From an uncultured cyanobacterium (lineage in GTDB: Bacteria; Cyanobacteriota; Cyanobacteriia; PCC-6307; Cyanobiaceae): a stretch of DNA of 64,000 nucleotides. Shown here one piece after another: positions 9,539 through 20,385 of this stretch. Where the stretch lies: positions 64,001 through 128,000 of the forward strand of contig CAVONQ010000002.1 of NCBI GenBank assembly GCA_963697335.1, given 5' to 3'. Under the pieces are notes generated by a model. It saw only the letters and a list, made by a program, of their open reading frames with translations, was not told where the DNA came from and searched no databases. Numbering within the stretch: the stretch's first letter is position 1; every line of letters starts with the position of its first letter. Position numbers and translations under genes: made by a program.

Positions 9539-10736
9539 GCGCCTGGCCCAGCTGGGCAGTGGCGTCTTCGCCCGCAACGATCGCCGCAAGAGCGCCTACA
9601 GCCTGCGGGCCGCCGCTGCCGACAGCGGCCTGGCCCCCCTGCTCGATCTCTCCCTGGGCTCCACAGATCTGCTGCCACCGCCCGAGGCGCTCGCGGCGAT
9701 GGCGCGCGCCCTGGATGCCCCCTCGAGTGCGGCCTACTGCCTCCACAACGCCACGCTGCCCTTCCGGGAGGCCGCGGCGGCCTGGGCCCAGCGGCGCTTC
9801 GGAGTGGCCGTCGATCCGCAGCGCGAAGTACTCCTGCTGGTGGGGTCCCAGGAGGGCACGGCCCACCTGCCGCTGGCGGTATTGAATCCGGGCGATGCCG
9901 CCCTGCTGCTCGACCCCTACTACCCCTCCCACCTGGGGGGCCTGCAGCTGGCCTCCGCCCGGCCCCAGCTGTTGCGCCTCGATGCGGCCAGCGGCTGGCG
10001 GCCGGACTTCGAGCGGGTGTCCCTCGCCGAGTGGGAGGCCCTCAAGCTGATGGTGCTGGGGTTCCCCCACAACCCCACTGCCACCACCGGGGAGCAGGCC
10101 TGGGTGGATGCCGCCATGCACAAGGCCCTGCGCCATGACGTGGTGCTGGCCCATGACAACCCCTACGTGGACCTGGCCCTCGAGGGTGAGGCCCCGGCCC
10201 TGCTGCGCCACCCGGGTTGGCGCAGCCATGGCATCGAGTTCTTCTCCCTTTCCAAGAGCTGGTGCCTGGGGGGGTTCAGGCTGGCCTTCGCCATCGGCGC
10301 CGAGTGGCTGATCACCGCCCTGAGGCAGCTCAAGGGGGTCGTGGATTTCAACCAGTCCCTCGCCCTGCAGGCCGGGGCGATTGCGGCCCTGGAGCAGGCC
10401 CCCCACTGGCCGGCCCAGCTGGGCCGGACCTACCGGCAGCGGCGCGATCAGATGGCCGTGGCCCTGGAGGAGGTGGGCTGGCCGGTGCGGCGCCCGAGTA
10501 TGGCCCTTTACCTCTGGCTGGCCCTGCCGCCCCAATGGCAGGGCCAGCACGGCGAGGGCTCCGAAGCCTTCTGTGCCGCCCTGCTGCAGGCCACCGGGGT
10601 GGCCCTCACCCCCGGCAACGGCTTTGGCCCCGGCGGCGAGGGCTGGGTCCGCCTGGCCCTGGTCCACCCCACGGAACAGCTGCAGCAGGGCGCCGCCCGC
10701 ATCGGCACCTGGCTGGCCGCCGGGGCGCCCCGGTGA
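9525..10736 (+). CDS. Class I/II PLP-dependent aminotransferase
   Basis: GSQEG, FPHNPT, HDNPY, FSLSKSWCLGGFRL, PGNGFG. Confidence 0.88.
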   Translation: MPISERLAQLGSGVFARNDRRKSAYSLRAAAADSGLAPLLDLSLGSTDLLPPPEALAAMARALDAPSSAAYCLHNATLPFREAAAAWAQRRFGVAVDPQREVLLLVGSQEGTAHLPLAVLNPGDAALLLDPYYPSHLGGLQLASARPQLLRLDAASGWRPDFERVSLAEWEALKLMVLGFPHNPTATTGEQAWVDAAMHKALRHDVVLAHDNPYVDLALEGEAPALLRHPGWRSHGIEFFSLSKSWCLGGFRLAFAIGAEWLITALRQLKGVVDFNQSLALQAGAIAALEQAPHWPAQLGRTYRQRRDQMAVALEEVGWPVRRPSMALYLWLALPPQWQGQHGEGSEAFCAALLQATGVALTPGNGFGPGGEGWVRLALVHPTEQLQQGAARIGTWLAAGAPR

Positions 10737-11467
10737 GCGGTTGGCAGATCCGGCGGTTGCCCGTGTGCGCCAGCACCGAGTGGGAGCTGGATCGCTGGCT
10801 GCGCCACAGCCCCCCCGGCCCCCAGGGCCCCGATCCGTGCCGAGCGGTGCTGGCCCGGCGGCAGCGCCACGGCCGGGGGCAGAGGGGGCGGCCCTGGAGT
10901 GCTCCCGCTGGCGGACTGTGGCTCAGTGCCGCCTTCCCCTGGCCTGGGGAGGCCCAAGCCAGCCTGCCCATGGCTCTGGCCGTGGGCCTGACCAGAGAGC
11001 TGGAAGCCCTGGGTCTGCCGGTGCGGATCAAGTGGCCGAACGACCTGCTGGTGCACGGCCGCAAGCTGGCGGGCCTGCTGCCGCGCCAGCGCTGGCGGGG
11101 GGGGCGCCTGCTCTGGGCCCAGGTCGGCATCGGTCTCAACGGCACCAACCGGGTGCCGCCCGGGGCGGTCTCGGTGGCTCAGGCCCTGGCCCGGCCAGGG
11201 GGGCGTCTGGGCCCAGGCGCCGGCCGCTGGCATCCCCAGGCCTGCCCCAGGCGACTGGAGGCCAGGGTGTGGAGCGCCCTCAGCTGGGCCATTGCCCAGA
11301 CAGGTGCCGGGGAACTGGTGCGGTTCCAGGCCGAACAGCGGCTCTGGCAGCCGCCCCAAGGGGTGCTGGTGGGGGAGGAGCGGTGGCAGGTGGCCGGTCT
11401 GGAGCTGGATGGCCGCCTGCGGCTGCAGAGGGGTGCGGCCCGCACCTGGCTCAGCCGCAGCTTCTGA
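10733..11467 (+). CDS. birA: Biotin--[acetyl-CoA-carboxylase] ligase
   Basis: QRHGRGQRGRPW, KWPNDL, KLAGLL, GIGLN. Confidence 0.9.
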   Translation: MSGWQIRRLPVCASTEWELDRWLRHSPPGPQGPDPCRAVLARRQRHGRGQRGRPWSAPAGGLWLSAAFPWPGEAQASLPMALAVGLTRELEALGLPVRIKWPNDLLVHGRKLAGLLPRQRWRGGRLLWAQVGIGLNGTNRVPPGAVSVAQALARPGGRLGPGAGRWHPQACPRRLEARVWSALSWAIAQTGAGELVRFQAEQRLWQPPQGVLVGEERWQVAGLELDGRLRLQRGAARTWLSRSF

Positions 11468-11599
11468 GCCTGTCGCCCCCGCAACAGCATGGGCAGCGGC
11501 ATCTCGTCGGTTCACGGGTGAGAATGGGGCCTCCCTGATGCCCTGGCATCCCCAACGCCTGCGCTGACGCTCCCTCCACTGCCTGCTCTGATCCGCTCC

Positions 11600-12796
11600 A
11601 TGGCACGACTGTTCCACCTCCATCTCCTTCCCGCCGCCCTGGTGACGGGTGGGACCCTGATCGGGCTGGTGGGCCTGGGGGTTGCCCAGGAGCGCCCCCC
11701 CGCCGATGCGCCAGCGCCGGTGCCGCCGCCCCAGGCCTCCACGGCCGCCGAGGCTTCTGCCCCTGCTGCTGCCGGCGCTGACCCTCGAGCCGGGCAACCG
11801 TTGCGCCCCCGGCGCCCGCCCGCTGCCGCAGTCCCTGCCCCCCGCTCCGTGCCCCCTGCCTCAGCCCGGGACTCCCGGCCACCGGCCAGCTTCGACAGCT
11901 CCCTCGATGCCCTGGTGCGCGACGGCGTTGTCACCCAGGCGGAGCGGGACCGGGTGCGCTCCGGCAGCCGCGCCATCCCCTTCAACAGCCCGGCGAATGT
12001 CCAGGCCTGCAGCAGCGGCGCCCTCTCGACCCAGGAGTGCCGCCGGGGTGTGGTGGTGCGGGGCTGGGGCCGCCCTGGCAGCGCCAGCTCGGACCCTGGT
12101 GGTCTCCTCGGCGGCGCCGAGAACGGCATGGTCGGCCCTGGGCAACAGCTGATCGCCGGCGCCCCGCTCACCACACCGCTCACCGTTCCCGTGGCAGCCT
12201 TGCTGGCCGGCGGTGGCGGCGGCTTCCGCCTTGCCGATGTGTTCGCGGTCACGCCCCGCCCCTCGCCGATCGGCGGCAACGGCAACCGCCGCCTGCTGTT
12301 TCCCCTGATCGGGGAGGCCTTCACCAGCAGCGGCTTCGGCTTCCGCATGCACCCCGTGCTTGGCAGCTGGCTGATGCATGCCGGCCGCGACCTGGCGGCA
12401 CCGGAGGGCACCCCCGTGGTGGCCGCCCTCAGTGGCCAGGTGATCAGCAGCGGCGTGGCAGGGGGCTACGGGCTGGCCATCGAGATCGAGCACGATCGGC
12501 CCAGACGGCGCACGCTCTACGGTCACCTCAGCGAGCTGTACGTGAAGCCCGGCGACCGGGTGCGCCAGGGTGAGGTGATCGGCCGGGTGGGCAGCACGGG
12601 CCTCAGCACCGGTCCCCACCTGCATTTCGAGTTGCGGCTGCCGGGCGATGGCGGCTGGATGGCGGTCGATCCCGGCGATCTCGACCCCGGCCAGGGGGCT
12701 GGCGGCAGTGATGCCATCGCCCTGTTGATGGGCCAGCTGCTGCAGACCCTGGAGCGGCCCATCGCGCCCCTGGCCCCTGCCCCACGGGCGGGCTAG
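11600..12796 (+). CDS. M23 family metallopeptidase
   Basis: HAGRD, YGHL, STGPHLHFE. Pro/Ala-rich linker after a signal-like N-terminus. Confidence 0.9.
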   Translation: MARLFHLHLLPAALVTGGTLIGLVGLGVAQERPPADAPAPVPPPQASTAAEASAPAAAGADPRAGQPLRPRRPPAAAVPAPRSVPPASARDSRPPASFDSSLDALVRDGVVTQAERDRVRSGSRAIPFNSPANVQACSSGALSTQECRRGVVVRGWGRPGSASSDPGGLLGGAENGMVGPGQQLIAGAPLTTPLTVPVAALLAGGGGGFRLADVFAVTPRPSPIGGNGNRRLLFPLIGEAFTSSGFGFRMHPVLGSWLMHAGRDLAAPEGTPVVAALSGQVISSGVAGGYGLAIEIEHDRPRRRTLYGHLSELYVKPGDRVRQGEVIGRVGSTGLSTGPHLHFELRLPGDGGWMAVDPGDLDPGQGAGGSDAIALLMGQLLQTLERPIAPLAPAPRAG

Positions 12797-13500
12797 CGGG
12801 CGGCCAGGGCCGGCGCCTGGGTGGTTGTCTCGGTGATCCGGCCATCGCGGAAATGGACCACCCGGTCGGCGCGGGCAGCCACGTCGTCTTCATGGGTCAC
12901 CATCACCACCGTCATGCCGCCGCGGTGCAGTTCATCAAAGATGGCCAGCACCTCCTCGGTGGTGCGGGAATCGAGGGCGCCCGTGGGTTCATCGGCCAGC
13001 AGCAGGGCGGGTTGGTTGATGATCGCCCGGGCGATCGCCACTCGCTGCTGCTGGCCGCCGGAGAGCTGGTTGGGCTTGTTCTGCAGGCGGTCGGCCAGCC
13101 CCACCCTCCCTAGGGCCTCCGCGGAGCGCCGCCGCCGTTCTGGGGCCGCCACGCCGGCGTACACCATCGGCAGCATCACATTGTCCAGGGCCGAGAGCTG
13201 GGGCAGCAGGTGGAACTGCTGGAACACGAACCCCAGATCGCGGTTGCGGAGATCGGCCAGCTGGTCGTCGTTGAGCTGGTTCACCAGGGTGCCGTTGAGC
13301 CGGTAGCTGCCGGCACTGGGCCGATCCAGACAGCCCAGGATGTTCATCGCCGTGCTCTTACCCGAACCCGAGGCCCCCATCACGGCCAGATAGTCGCCCC
13401 GGTTGACGGTGAGGCTGAGGCCATCGAGGGCCCGCACCTCCGTGTCACCTGAGCCGTAGATCTTCTCCACGGCCTCGAGTTGGGCAACGGGCACGGTCAC
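12793..13500 (-). CDS. ABC transporter ATP-binding protein (MacB/LolD-like)
   Basis: [27 protein letters not shown]. Confidence 0.92.
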   Translation of the reverse strand: MTVPVAQLEAVEKIYGSGDTEVRALDGLSLTVNRGDYLAVMGASGSGKSTAMNILGCLDRPSAGSYRLNGTLVNQLNDDQLADLRNRDLGFVFQQFHLLPQLSALDNVMLPMVYAGVAAPERRRRSAEALGRVGLADRLQNKPNQLSGGQQQRVAIARAIINQPALLLADEPTGALDSRTTEEVLAIFDELHRGGMTVVMVTHEDDVAARADRVVHFRDGRITETTTQAPALAAR

Positions 13501-13504
13501 GGCA

Positions 13505-15127
13505 TCAACCGATGGGAGGCGCCGTGGCGCTGGCGATGGCCTGCTGCAGGATCGGCGTGCCCACCACAGCCTCGCTGGCCCATGTGAACAGTGGGCTGGA
13601 GAGCACCCCCCCCACCGCCGTCACGATCACACAGCCCACCAGCGCCGTGCGCAGCTCCGGCATGCCGGCAATGGACCAGGAGATTTCCGGGTAGGCCTTC
13701 ACCACATCAGAAGCTTCCTGGGGCTCTTTCACCACCATCATCTTGATCACGGAGATGTAGTAGTAGATCGAGACAACGGAGGTGACCAGGCCCACGACCA
13801 CCAAAAGATATTGCTGATCAGCCCAACCGGCGAAGAAGAGATAGATCTTGCCGAAGAAGCCCAGCATCGGCGGAATACCACCCAGGGAAAGCAGGCAGAG
13901 GCTGAGGCCCAGGGTGATCAGCGGGTCTTTCTGATAAAGGCCTGCGTAGTCGGCAATACGGTCGCTGCCGGTGCGCAGCGAGAACAGGATGATGCAGGCG
14001 AACGCCCCCAGGTTCATGAACAGGTAGGCGGCCATGTACAGCACCATGGCGGCGAAGCCGTCTTCGGTGCCGCAGACCAGACCGATCATCACGAAGCCGG
14101 CCTGGCCGATCGAGCTGTAGGCCAGCATCCGCTTCATGGAGGTCTGGGCCAGGGCCACCACATTGCCCAGCACCATGCTGAGGATGGCCAGCACGGTGAA
14201 CAGCAGCTTCCACTGGGCATCGAAGCTCTCGAAGCAGCCCACCAGGATGCGAACGGCCAGGGCGAATCCTGCCGCCTTGGAACCCACCGAGAGGAACGCC
14301 ACCACAGGCGTGGGCGAGCCCTCATAGACATCCGGAGTCCACTGGTGGAAGGGCACGGCGGCGATCTTGAAGGCCACGGTGGCCAGCACGAACACCAGGG
14401 CCAGGGCAGTCACCGGCGAAGCGCTGGTCTGCAGGGCCAGGGCAACAGCATCCAGTCCGGTGGCACCACCGGTGAGGCCGTAGAGCAGGGAGGCTCCGTA
14501 GAGGAACACCGCCGCGGCGGCAGAACCCACCAGCAGGTATTTGAGCGCCGCCTCGGAGCTGCGGGCGTCGCGCTTCATGTAGCCCGCCAGCAGATAGCTC
14601 GACACCGAGAGCGTTTCCAGCGAGATGAAGATGCTCACCAGATCGGTGGCCCCGCACAGGAACATGGCGCCCAGGGTGGCTGCCAGGAGAATGGCGGCGT
14701 ATTCGCCTACCGGCGTACCGCTGCGCTCGACGTAGCGCCAGCTCAACAGCAGCGAGATCAAGGTGGAAGCCGCCACCACGCCGCGGAAGGCGATGGCCAG
14801 ATTGTCGGCGAGGAAGGAGCCGAGGAAGGAGGGCTCCAGCAATGGGGTGTTCCACTGCAGGGCCAGCAGCACCAGGGCCCCGCCGAGGCCCGCGTAGCAG
14901 AGGGGAGGCACCCAGCGGCTGGCGGCCTGCTCTCCGGCCAGATCCACCAGCAGACAGGCGATCAGGGCCAGCAGCACGGCCACCTCAGGGGCGATGGCGC
15001 CGGCATTGAGCTGGAGGCTGAGCCCGCCACTGCCTAACCCCGCCCCGATGGCCTGGGTGGCGGGTTGGGCCGCCTCTGCGAGCGTGGCAGCGGCCACGGC
15101 TGGGAGAGCACCGAGCAGGGAGATCAC
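13505..15127 (-). CDS. ndhB: NAD(P)H-quinone oxidoreductase subunit 2
   Basis: [40 protein letters not shown]. Start is estimated. Confidence 0.95.
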   Translation of the reverse strand: MISLLGALPAVAAATLAEAAQPATQAIGAGLGSGGLSLQLNAGAIAPEVAVLLALIACLLVDLAGEQAASRWVPPLCYAGLGGALVLLALQWNTPLLEPSFLGSFLADNLAIAFRGVVAASTLISLLLSWRYVERSGTPVGEYAAILLAATLGAMFLCGATDLVSIFISLETLSVSSYLLAGYMKRDARSSEAALKYLLVGSAAAAVFLYGASLLYGLTGGATGLDAVALALQTSASPVTALALVFVLATVAFKIAAVPFHQWTPDVYEGSPTPVVAFLSVGSKAAGFALAVRILVGCFESFDAQWKLLFTVLAILSMVLGNVVALAQTSMKRMLAYSSIGQAGFVMIGLVCGTEDGFAAMVLYMAAYLFMNLGAFACIILFSLRTGSDRIADYAGLYQKDPLITLGLSLCLLSLGGIPPMLGFFGKIYLFFAGWADQQYLLVVVGLVTSVVSIYYYISVIKMMVVKEPQEASDVVKAYPEISWSIAGMPELRTALVGCVIVTAVGGVLSSPLFTWASEAVVGTPILQQAIASATAPPIG

Positions 15128-15247
15128 GGGGGTGATGCGGCCAGATTTGGTGCCGGAACTGTAGCGGCGTTGCACCGGTTCCCTCAGCGGCGGGATGCGG
15201 TGCCGGCCGCCGATGCGATAAAGAGGGGGGAGGTCGTTCGCCTGTCT

Positions 15248-18010
15248 GTGGGTCACACCCTCGTCATCGTTGAGAGCCCCACCAAGGCCCGCACCATCCG
15301 TGGATTCCTGCCCAAGGACTTCCGCGTGGAGGCCTCCATGGGGCACGTGCGGGACCTGCCCAACAACGCCAGTGAGATCCCTGCCGCTCACAAGGGTGAG
15401 AAGTGGGCGAACCTGGGCGTGAACACCGCCAGCAACTTCGAGCCGCTCTATGTGGTGCCGAAGGACAAGAAGAAGGTGGTGAAGGAGCTCAAGGATGCCC
15501 TCAAGGGTGCCGACCAGCTGCTGCTGGCCACGGACGAGGACCGGGAAGGGGAGAGCATCAGCTGGCACCTGTTGCAGCTGCTACAGCCCAAGGTTCCCGT
15601 CAAGCGGATGGTGTTCCACGAGATCACCAAGGCCGCCATCGGTCGCGCCCTCGACGACACCCGGGAGCTCGACATGGAGCTGGTGCACGCCCAGGAGACG
15701 CGCCGGATCCTCGATCGTCTGGTGGGCTACACCCTCTCGCCCCTGCTCTGGAAGAAGGTGGCCTGGGGGCTGTCGGCGGGCCGGGTGCAGTCGGTGGCGG
15801 TGCGCCTGCTGGTGCAGCGCGAGCGGGCCCGCCGGGCCTTCCACAGCGGCAGCTACTGGGACCTCAAGGCCCAGCTGGACCAGGCCGGTGGCCGCTTCGA
15901 AGCCAAACTCAGCCACCTGAAGGGCGAGCGCATCGCTGGCGGCTCCGATTTCGACGAGACCACCGGTGCCCTCAAGGCCGGCAGCAGAGTGCGGCTGCTG
16001 GCCGAGGACGAGGCCCGCAGCCTTCAGGCCGCCGTGCAGAGCGGAGCCTGGTCGGTGGCGCAGGTGGAGGCCAAGCCCAGCGTGCGCAAGCCGGTGGCGC
16101 CGTTCACCACCAGCACCCTGCAGCAGGAAGCCAACCGCAAGCTGCGGCTCTCGGCCCGCGAGACGATGCGCGCCGCCCAGGGGCTCTACGAGCGTGGTTT
16201 CATCACCTACATGCGCACCGACTCGGTGCACCTCAGTGACCAGGCGATTCAGGCGGCCCGCAGCTGCGTGGCTGCTAAGTACGGGCAGAACTACCTGAGC
16301 CCCTCAGCGCGGCAGTTCTCCACCAAGGCCCGCAATGCCCAGGAGGCCCACGAGGCGATCCGACCGGCGGGGGAGAGCTTCCGCGACCCAGCCGACACCC
16401 GCCTGGACGGGAGGGATCTGGCCCTCTATGAACTGATCTGGAAGCGCACGGTGGCCAGCCAGATGGCCGAGGCCAGGCTCACGATGCTGGCCGTGGATCT
16501 CGAGGTGGAGGGCGGCAGCCTCGGCACGGCGCGCTTCCGGGCCAGCGGCAAGCGGATCGATTTCCCCGGCTTCTTCCGCGCTTACGTGGAGGGCAGCGAC
16601 GACCCCGATGCGGCCCTGGAGGGCCAGGAGGTGCTGTTGCCCGCCCTGGCGGTGGGCGATGCTCCGGCCTGCCAGGGGGTGGAGGCCCTCGGCCACCAGA
16701 CCCAGCCACCGGCGCGCTACAGCGAGGCGGCCCTGGTGAAGATGTTGGAGAAGGAGGGCATCGGCCGCCCTTCCACCTACGCCTCGATCATCGGCACGAT
16801 CGTGGATCGGGGTTACGCCACGCTCCTGAACAACTCCCTCACCCCGAGCTTCACGGCCTTCGCGGTGACGGCCCTGCTGGAGGAGCACTTCCCCGACCTG
16901 GTGGACACCAGCTTCACCGCCCGGATGGAGCAGAGCCTCGACGAGATCTCCCACGGCCAGGTGGCCTGGCTGCCCTACCTCGAGGCCTTCTACAGGGGCG
17001 AGAAGGGTCTCGAAACCCAGGTGCAGCAGCGCGAGGGCGACATCGACCCCGGCGTCTCCCGCACCGTGTCGCTGGAGGGGCTGCCCTGCGTGGTGCGGAT
17101 CGGCCGCTTCGGGGCCTACCTGGAAACCAAGCGGGTGGCCGAGGACGGCACCGAGGAGCTGCTCAAGGCCACCCTGCCCCTGGAGATCACCCCCGCCGAT
17201 CTCGATGCCGACAAGGCCGAGCTGCTGCTGCGCCAGAAGGCGGAAGGTCCCGAGTCCCTGGGCGAGGATCCCGAGACGGGTGAGCAGGTGTATCTGCTGT
17301 TCGGTCAGTACGGCCCCTACGTGCAGCGCGGCCAGGTGAGTGAGGCCGTTCCCAAACCCAAGCGCGCCTCCCTGCCCAAGGGCCAGAAGCCCGAGGAGCT
17401 CAGCCTCGCCGATGCCCTGGGGCTGCTGCGCCTGCCCCGGGCCCTCGGCGACCACCCCGAGGGGGGACGGGTGGAGGCCGGCCTGGGCCGCTTCGGGCCC
17501 TATGTGGTGCACCACAAGGGCAAGGGCGAGAAGGACTACCGCTCGCTCAAGGCGGAGGACGACGTGCTCACGGTGCCCCTCAGTCGCGCCGTGGAACTGC
17601 TGGCGATGCCCAAGCGCGGCCGCGGCGGCCGCACCGCCCTCAAGCAGCTCGGGCTGCCCGAGGGCAGCGAGGAACCCGTGCAGCTCTTTGATGGTCCCTA
17701 CGGCCTGTACGTGAAGCAGGGCAAGGTGAACGCCTCCCTGCCGGAGGGCACCACGGCCGACACCATCACCCTGGAGCAGGCGATCGAGCTGCTGGCGGCC
17801 AAGGCCGCCACTGGCAAGGCCGCCAAGGGCAAGGCCTCCGCGGGCAAGACAGCCCCAGGCAAGAGCTCCGCATCCGCCAAGACAGCCAAGACCACAGCTG
17901 CCAAGGCGGCCAAGAGCCAACCACCTGCCGCCAAAAAGCCCCCGGCCACCACCAAGACCGGCCGGCTGCGGGCCAGTGCCGTGCGGGTGATCAAAGCGGC
18001 GGAGAGTTGA
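15248..18010 (+). CDS. topA: DNA topoisomerase I
   Basis: [34 protein letters not shown], repeated GRFGPY/GPYG C-terminal units. Confidence 0.97.
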   Translation: MGHTLVIVESPTKARTIRGFLPKDFRVEASMGHVRDLPNNASEIPAAHKGEKWANLGVNTASNFEPLYVVPKDKKKVVKELKDALKGADQLLLATDEDREGESISWHLLQLLQPKVPVKRMVFHEITKAAIGRALDDTRELDMELVHAQETRRILDRLVGYTLSPLLWKKVAWGLSAGRVQSVAVRLLVQRERARRAFHSGSYWDLKAQLDQAGGRFEAKLSHLKGERIAGGSDFDETTGALKAGSRVRLLAEDEARSLQAAVQSGAWSVAQVEAKPSVRKPVAPFTTSTLQQEANRKLRLSARETMRAAQGLYERGFITYMRTDSVHLSDQAIQAARSCVAAKYGQNYLSPSARQFSTKARNAQEAHEAIRPAGESFRDPADTRLDGRDLALYELIWKRTVASQMAEARLTMLAVDLEVEGGSLGTARFRASGKRIDFPGFFRAYVEGSDDPDAALEGQEVLLPALAVGDAPACQGVEALGHQTQPPARYSEAALVKMLEKEGIGRPSTYASIIGTIVDRGYATLLNNSLTPSFTAFAVTALLEEHFPDLVDTSFTARMEQSLDEISHGQVAWLPYLEAFYRGEKGLETQVQQREGDIDPGVSRTVSLEGLPCVVRIGRFGAYLETKRVAEDGTEELLKATLPLEITPADLDADKAELLLRQKAEGPESLGEDPETGEQVYLLFGQYGPYVQRGQVSEAVPKPKRASLPKGQKPEELSLADALGLLRLPRALGDHPEGGRVEAGLGRFGPYVVHHKGKGEKDYRSLKAEDDVLTVPLSRAVELLAMPKRGRGGRTALKQLGLPEGSEEPVQLFDGPYGLYVKQGKVNASLPEGTTADTITLEQAIELLAAKAATGKAAKGKASAGKTAPGKSSASAKTAKTTAAKAAKSQPPAAKKPPATTKTGRLRASAVRVIKAAES

Positions 18011-18546
18011 TGCTGGGGCCCTGCCCCGATGGCCGTCGCTGGGGGCTGCTCCTGCTCGCCGGCTTCACTGGGCTGCTGATGGGCGGGTGCAGTGGTACGC
18101 CCCTGGGGGAGCAGCTCTCGCGCAGTTTCTCGGCCCCAGGCCCTGCCGCGCCCGGCGATGGTGCCCCAGCTGCCACGGACGCGGCCACACCAGCGGCGAC
18201 CCCGGGGTCCCCGAGCGCGGCACCTGGCGCTGCAACCCCGCCCGGCGGGGCCCCGGCCCCGACGGCGGCTCAACCAAACGCTCAGCCTGGGGCAGCCCCC
18301 CCTCGGGCACCCGTGCTGTCCCCCGCTCCCTACCGGATCACCCTGAAGCTGGCCGGTGCCGATCCGGCCGCGCCCGCCGAGGCCCTCACCGAGGCCCTGC
18401 GGGCGGCCGGCGTGCCCTTCGAGGTGGAGATGATCGAGCGGGTGCCCTCTTCCGGCAGTGCCGCTGCCCCAGCTCCCACATCGACTCCCGCACCTGCCCC
18501 AAGCCCTTCGCCCCCCGCGGCGCCTGCGGCTCCGACGACCCGCTGA
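18010..18546 (+). CDS. Hypothetical Pro/Ala-rich lipoprotein
   Basis: Lipobox-like LMGGC and a segment PYRITLKL..ADPAAPAE...FEVEMIER. Start and stop overlap its neighbours. Confidence 0.7.
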   Translation: MLGPCPDGRRWGLLLLAGFTGLLMGGCSGTPLGEQLSRSFSAPGPAAPGDGAPAATDAATPAATPGSPSAAPGAATPPGGAPAPTAAQPNAQPGAAPPRAPVLSPAPYRITLKLAGADPAAPAEALTEALRAAGVPFEVEMIERVPSSGSAAAPAPTSTPAPAPSPSPPAAPAAPTTR

Positions 18547-19205
18547 TGGATCCTCGGCCCGTCAACCGCAGCCTCAGCCGCCGCCAGGCCCGCCAGCTGA
18601 TGGACACCGCCTACCTGGCCGCCGCCACCGGGCTGCTCTGGCTGGCGCTCTACTACCTGCCGGTGGGCAGTCCCCTGTTCCGGCTGGCCCTGCCCCTGCC
18701 CCTGGCCCTGCTGCAGCTGCGCCACGGCTGGCGCTGCGCCGTGGAGGGGCAGGCGGTGGCCTGCCTGCTGGCGGTGGCCCTGATGGGGCCGATCCGCGGC
18801 CCCCTGCTGCTCTTCCCCTATGGCCTGCTGGCCCTCTGGCTGGGCTGGTGCTGGCGGCGCAAGCTGAACTGGTGGCTCAGCTGGTCGGTGGGCAGCCTGA
18901 TCGGCGCGGCCGGCTTCCTGGTGCGGGTGGCGGTGCTCTCCCTGCTCGTGGGGGAAAATCTCTGGGTGGTGATCACCACGGCGGCGGCCGGGCTGCTGGA
19001 GCGGCTGGCGGGGCTGGTGGACCTGGTGTCCGCCATCGACCTGGCCCAGGTTCAGGTGGCGGCCCTGCTGCTGGTGCTGGTGCAGAACGCCATCGTGGTG
19101 CTCGCCCTGCACGCCGTGGCCTACTGGATCTTTCCGCGCCTGCAGGCCCCCATCAGTGAACCGCCCGCGGCTCTGAGGGCCCTGGTGGCCCTCGACCCCC
19201 TCTGA
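18546..19205 (+). CDS. DUF2232 family membrane protein
   Basis: MDTAYLAA, LMGPIRGP, GENLW; hydrophobic throughout. Confidence 0.75.
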   Translation: MDPRPVNRSLSRRQARQLMDTAYLAAATGLLWLALYYLPVGSPLFRLALPLPLALLQLRHGWRCAVEGQAVACLLAVALMGPIRGPLLLFPYGLLALWLGWCWRRKLNWWLSWSVGSLIGAAGFLVRVAVLSLLVGENLWVVITTAAAGLLERLAGLVDLVSAIDLAQVQVAALLLVLVQNAIVVLALHAVAYWIFPRLQAPISEPPAALRALVALDPL

Positions 19206-19207
19206 CC

Positions 19208-20344
19208 ATGCCGGCCCCGCCGGCGGCGGCCCTCGCCTGGGGCTGCACCCGCCCCTTGCTTCTGCTGGCGGCCACGGCCACGGCCGCGGTGGAGGGGATC
19301 TCCGCCGCCGGCGCCACCCCCGCCTCCCGGCGCGCCACGGCGGCCGCCGATGCTGAGTTGCTGGTGCATGGACCGCTCGGGCCCCGTCCCCACGCCCTGC
19401 CGCCCCTGCCGGCGGGGGTGAGCCCTGCCCTGATCAGCCGGGTGGTGCTGGAGCGCCTGGGGCTGCTGGAGCGCCTGCAGGTGGTGGACCTGGGCTGCGC
19501 CGTGGCCCCCGCCGTGCCGCACCTGCGCCTGCCGGCCCTGGAGGGGGCGGGGCCAGCCCGCTGTGTCAGCAGTGGCAGGGCGCTGCCGGCCCAGCGGGTG
19601 CGGGCGTTGCTGGAGCGGGGCCACCGCTGGGGGGAGCGCAGTGCACCCGACTGCCCCCTGCTGCTGGCGGAGTGTGTGCCCGGTGGCACCACCACGGCCC
19701 TCGGCGTGCTGCGGGGGCTGGGGGTGGCTGCCGATGGGCTGGTGAGTGGCAGCCTGCTCCACAGCGACCATGCCCTCAAGGCACGGTTGGTGCGGCTGGG
19801 CCTGGCCCGGGCCGCCCTCGCGGATGCCGGTGCGCCAGGTGACGGGGCTGCTCCAGACGGGGCCGGTGGCGAAGTCGATCCCGTGGCGGTGCTGGCTGCG
19901 GTGGGGGATCCGATGCAGCCGTTGGCGGCGGGCCTGAGCCTCGCCCTGGCCCGCCGCGGCGGCACGGTGCTGCTGGCCGGCGGCAGCCAGATGGCGGCCG
20001 TGCTGGCCTTGGTGCTGGCCCTGGCCGGTCCGCGTGAGCGGCAGGCTCTGGCGGCCCGGATCACGCTGGCCACCACCGCCTGGGTGGCCGATGAGCCCGG
20101 CAGCAACCTGGCCCTGCTGCTGCGACGGGTGGGGGAGCGCTGGCAGGTGCTGCCCCAGCTGGCCAGGGCGAGGTTGCGCTTCTCGGCCTGCAGCAGCACT
20201 GCCCTGCGCGACTACGAGCGGGGCTACGTGAAGGAGGGCGTGGGCGCCGGTGGCCTGGCCGTGCTCTGGGAGCGCCTGGGCCATCGCCCGGAGGCCCTGG
20301 CCGAGGCCTGTGATCTGGCCTGCCGCCAGCTGCTCGGGGTCTGA
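19208..20344 (+). CDS. cobT: Nicotinate-nucleotide--dimethylbenzimidazole phosphoribosyltransferase (cyanobacterial/archaeal CobT type)
   Basis: ECVPGGTTTA, GDPMQ, LAGGSQM, YERGYVKEGVGAGG. Confidence 0.88.
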   Translation: MPAPPAAALAWGCTRPLLLLAATATAAVEGISAAGATPASRRATAAADAELLVHGPLGPRPHALPPLPAGVSPALISRVVLERLGLLERLQVVDLGCAVAPAVPHLRLPALEGAGPARCVSSGRALPAQRVRALLERGHRWGERSAPDCPLLLAECVPGGTTTALGVLRGLGVAADGLVSGSLLHSDHALKARLVRLGLARAALADAGAPGDGAAPDGAGGEVDPVAVLAAVGDPMQPLAAGLSLALARRGGTVLLAGGSQMAAVLALVLALAGPRERQALAARITLATTAWVADEPGSNLALLLRRVGERWQVLPQLARARLRFSACSSTALRDYERGYVKEGVGAGGLAVLWERLGHRPEALAEACDLACRQLLGV

Positions 20345-20385
20345 CCGGCTGCAGGGGCAGGGGGGCCGGCTCCTACGGTCGGTCG

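Noticed and set aside
11468..11599. Loose resemblance of the birA-M23 spacer (GAGAATGGGGCCTCCC...AACGCC...GCTGACGCTCCC) to a fluoride riboswitch
   Set aside because: The first stem pairs poorly, the 3' consensus is missing, and the downstream gene is a peptidase rather than a fluoride-related gene.
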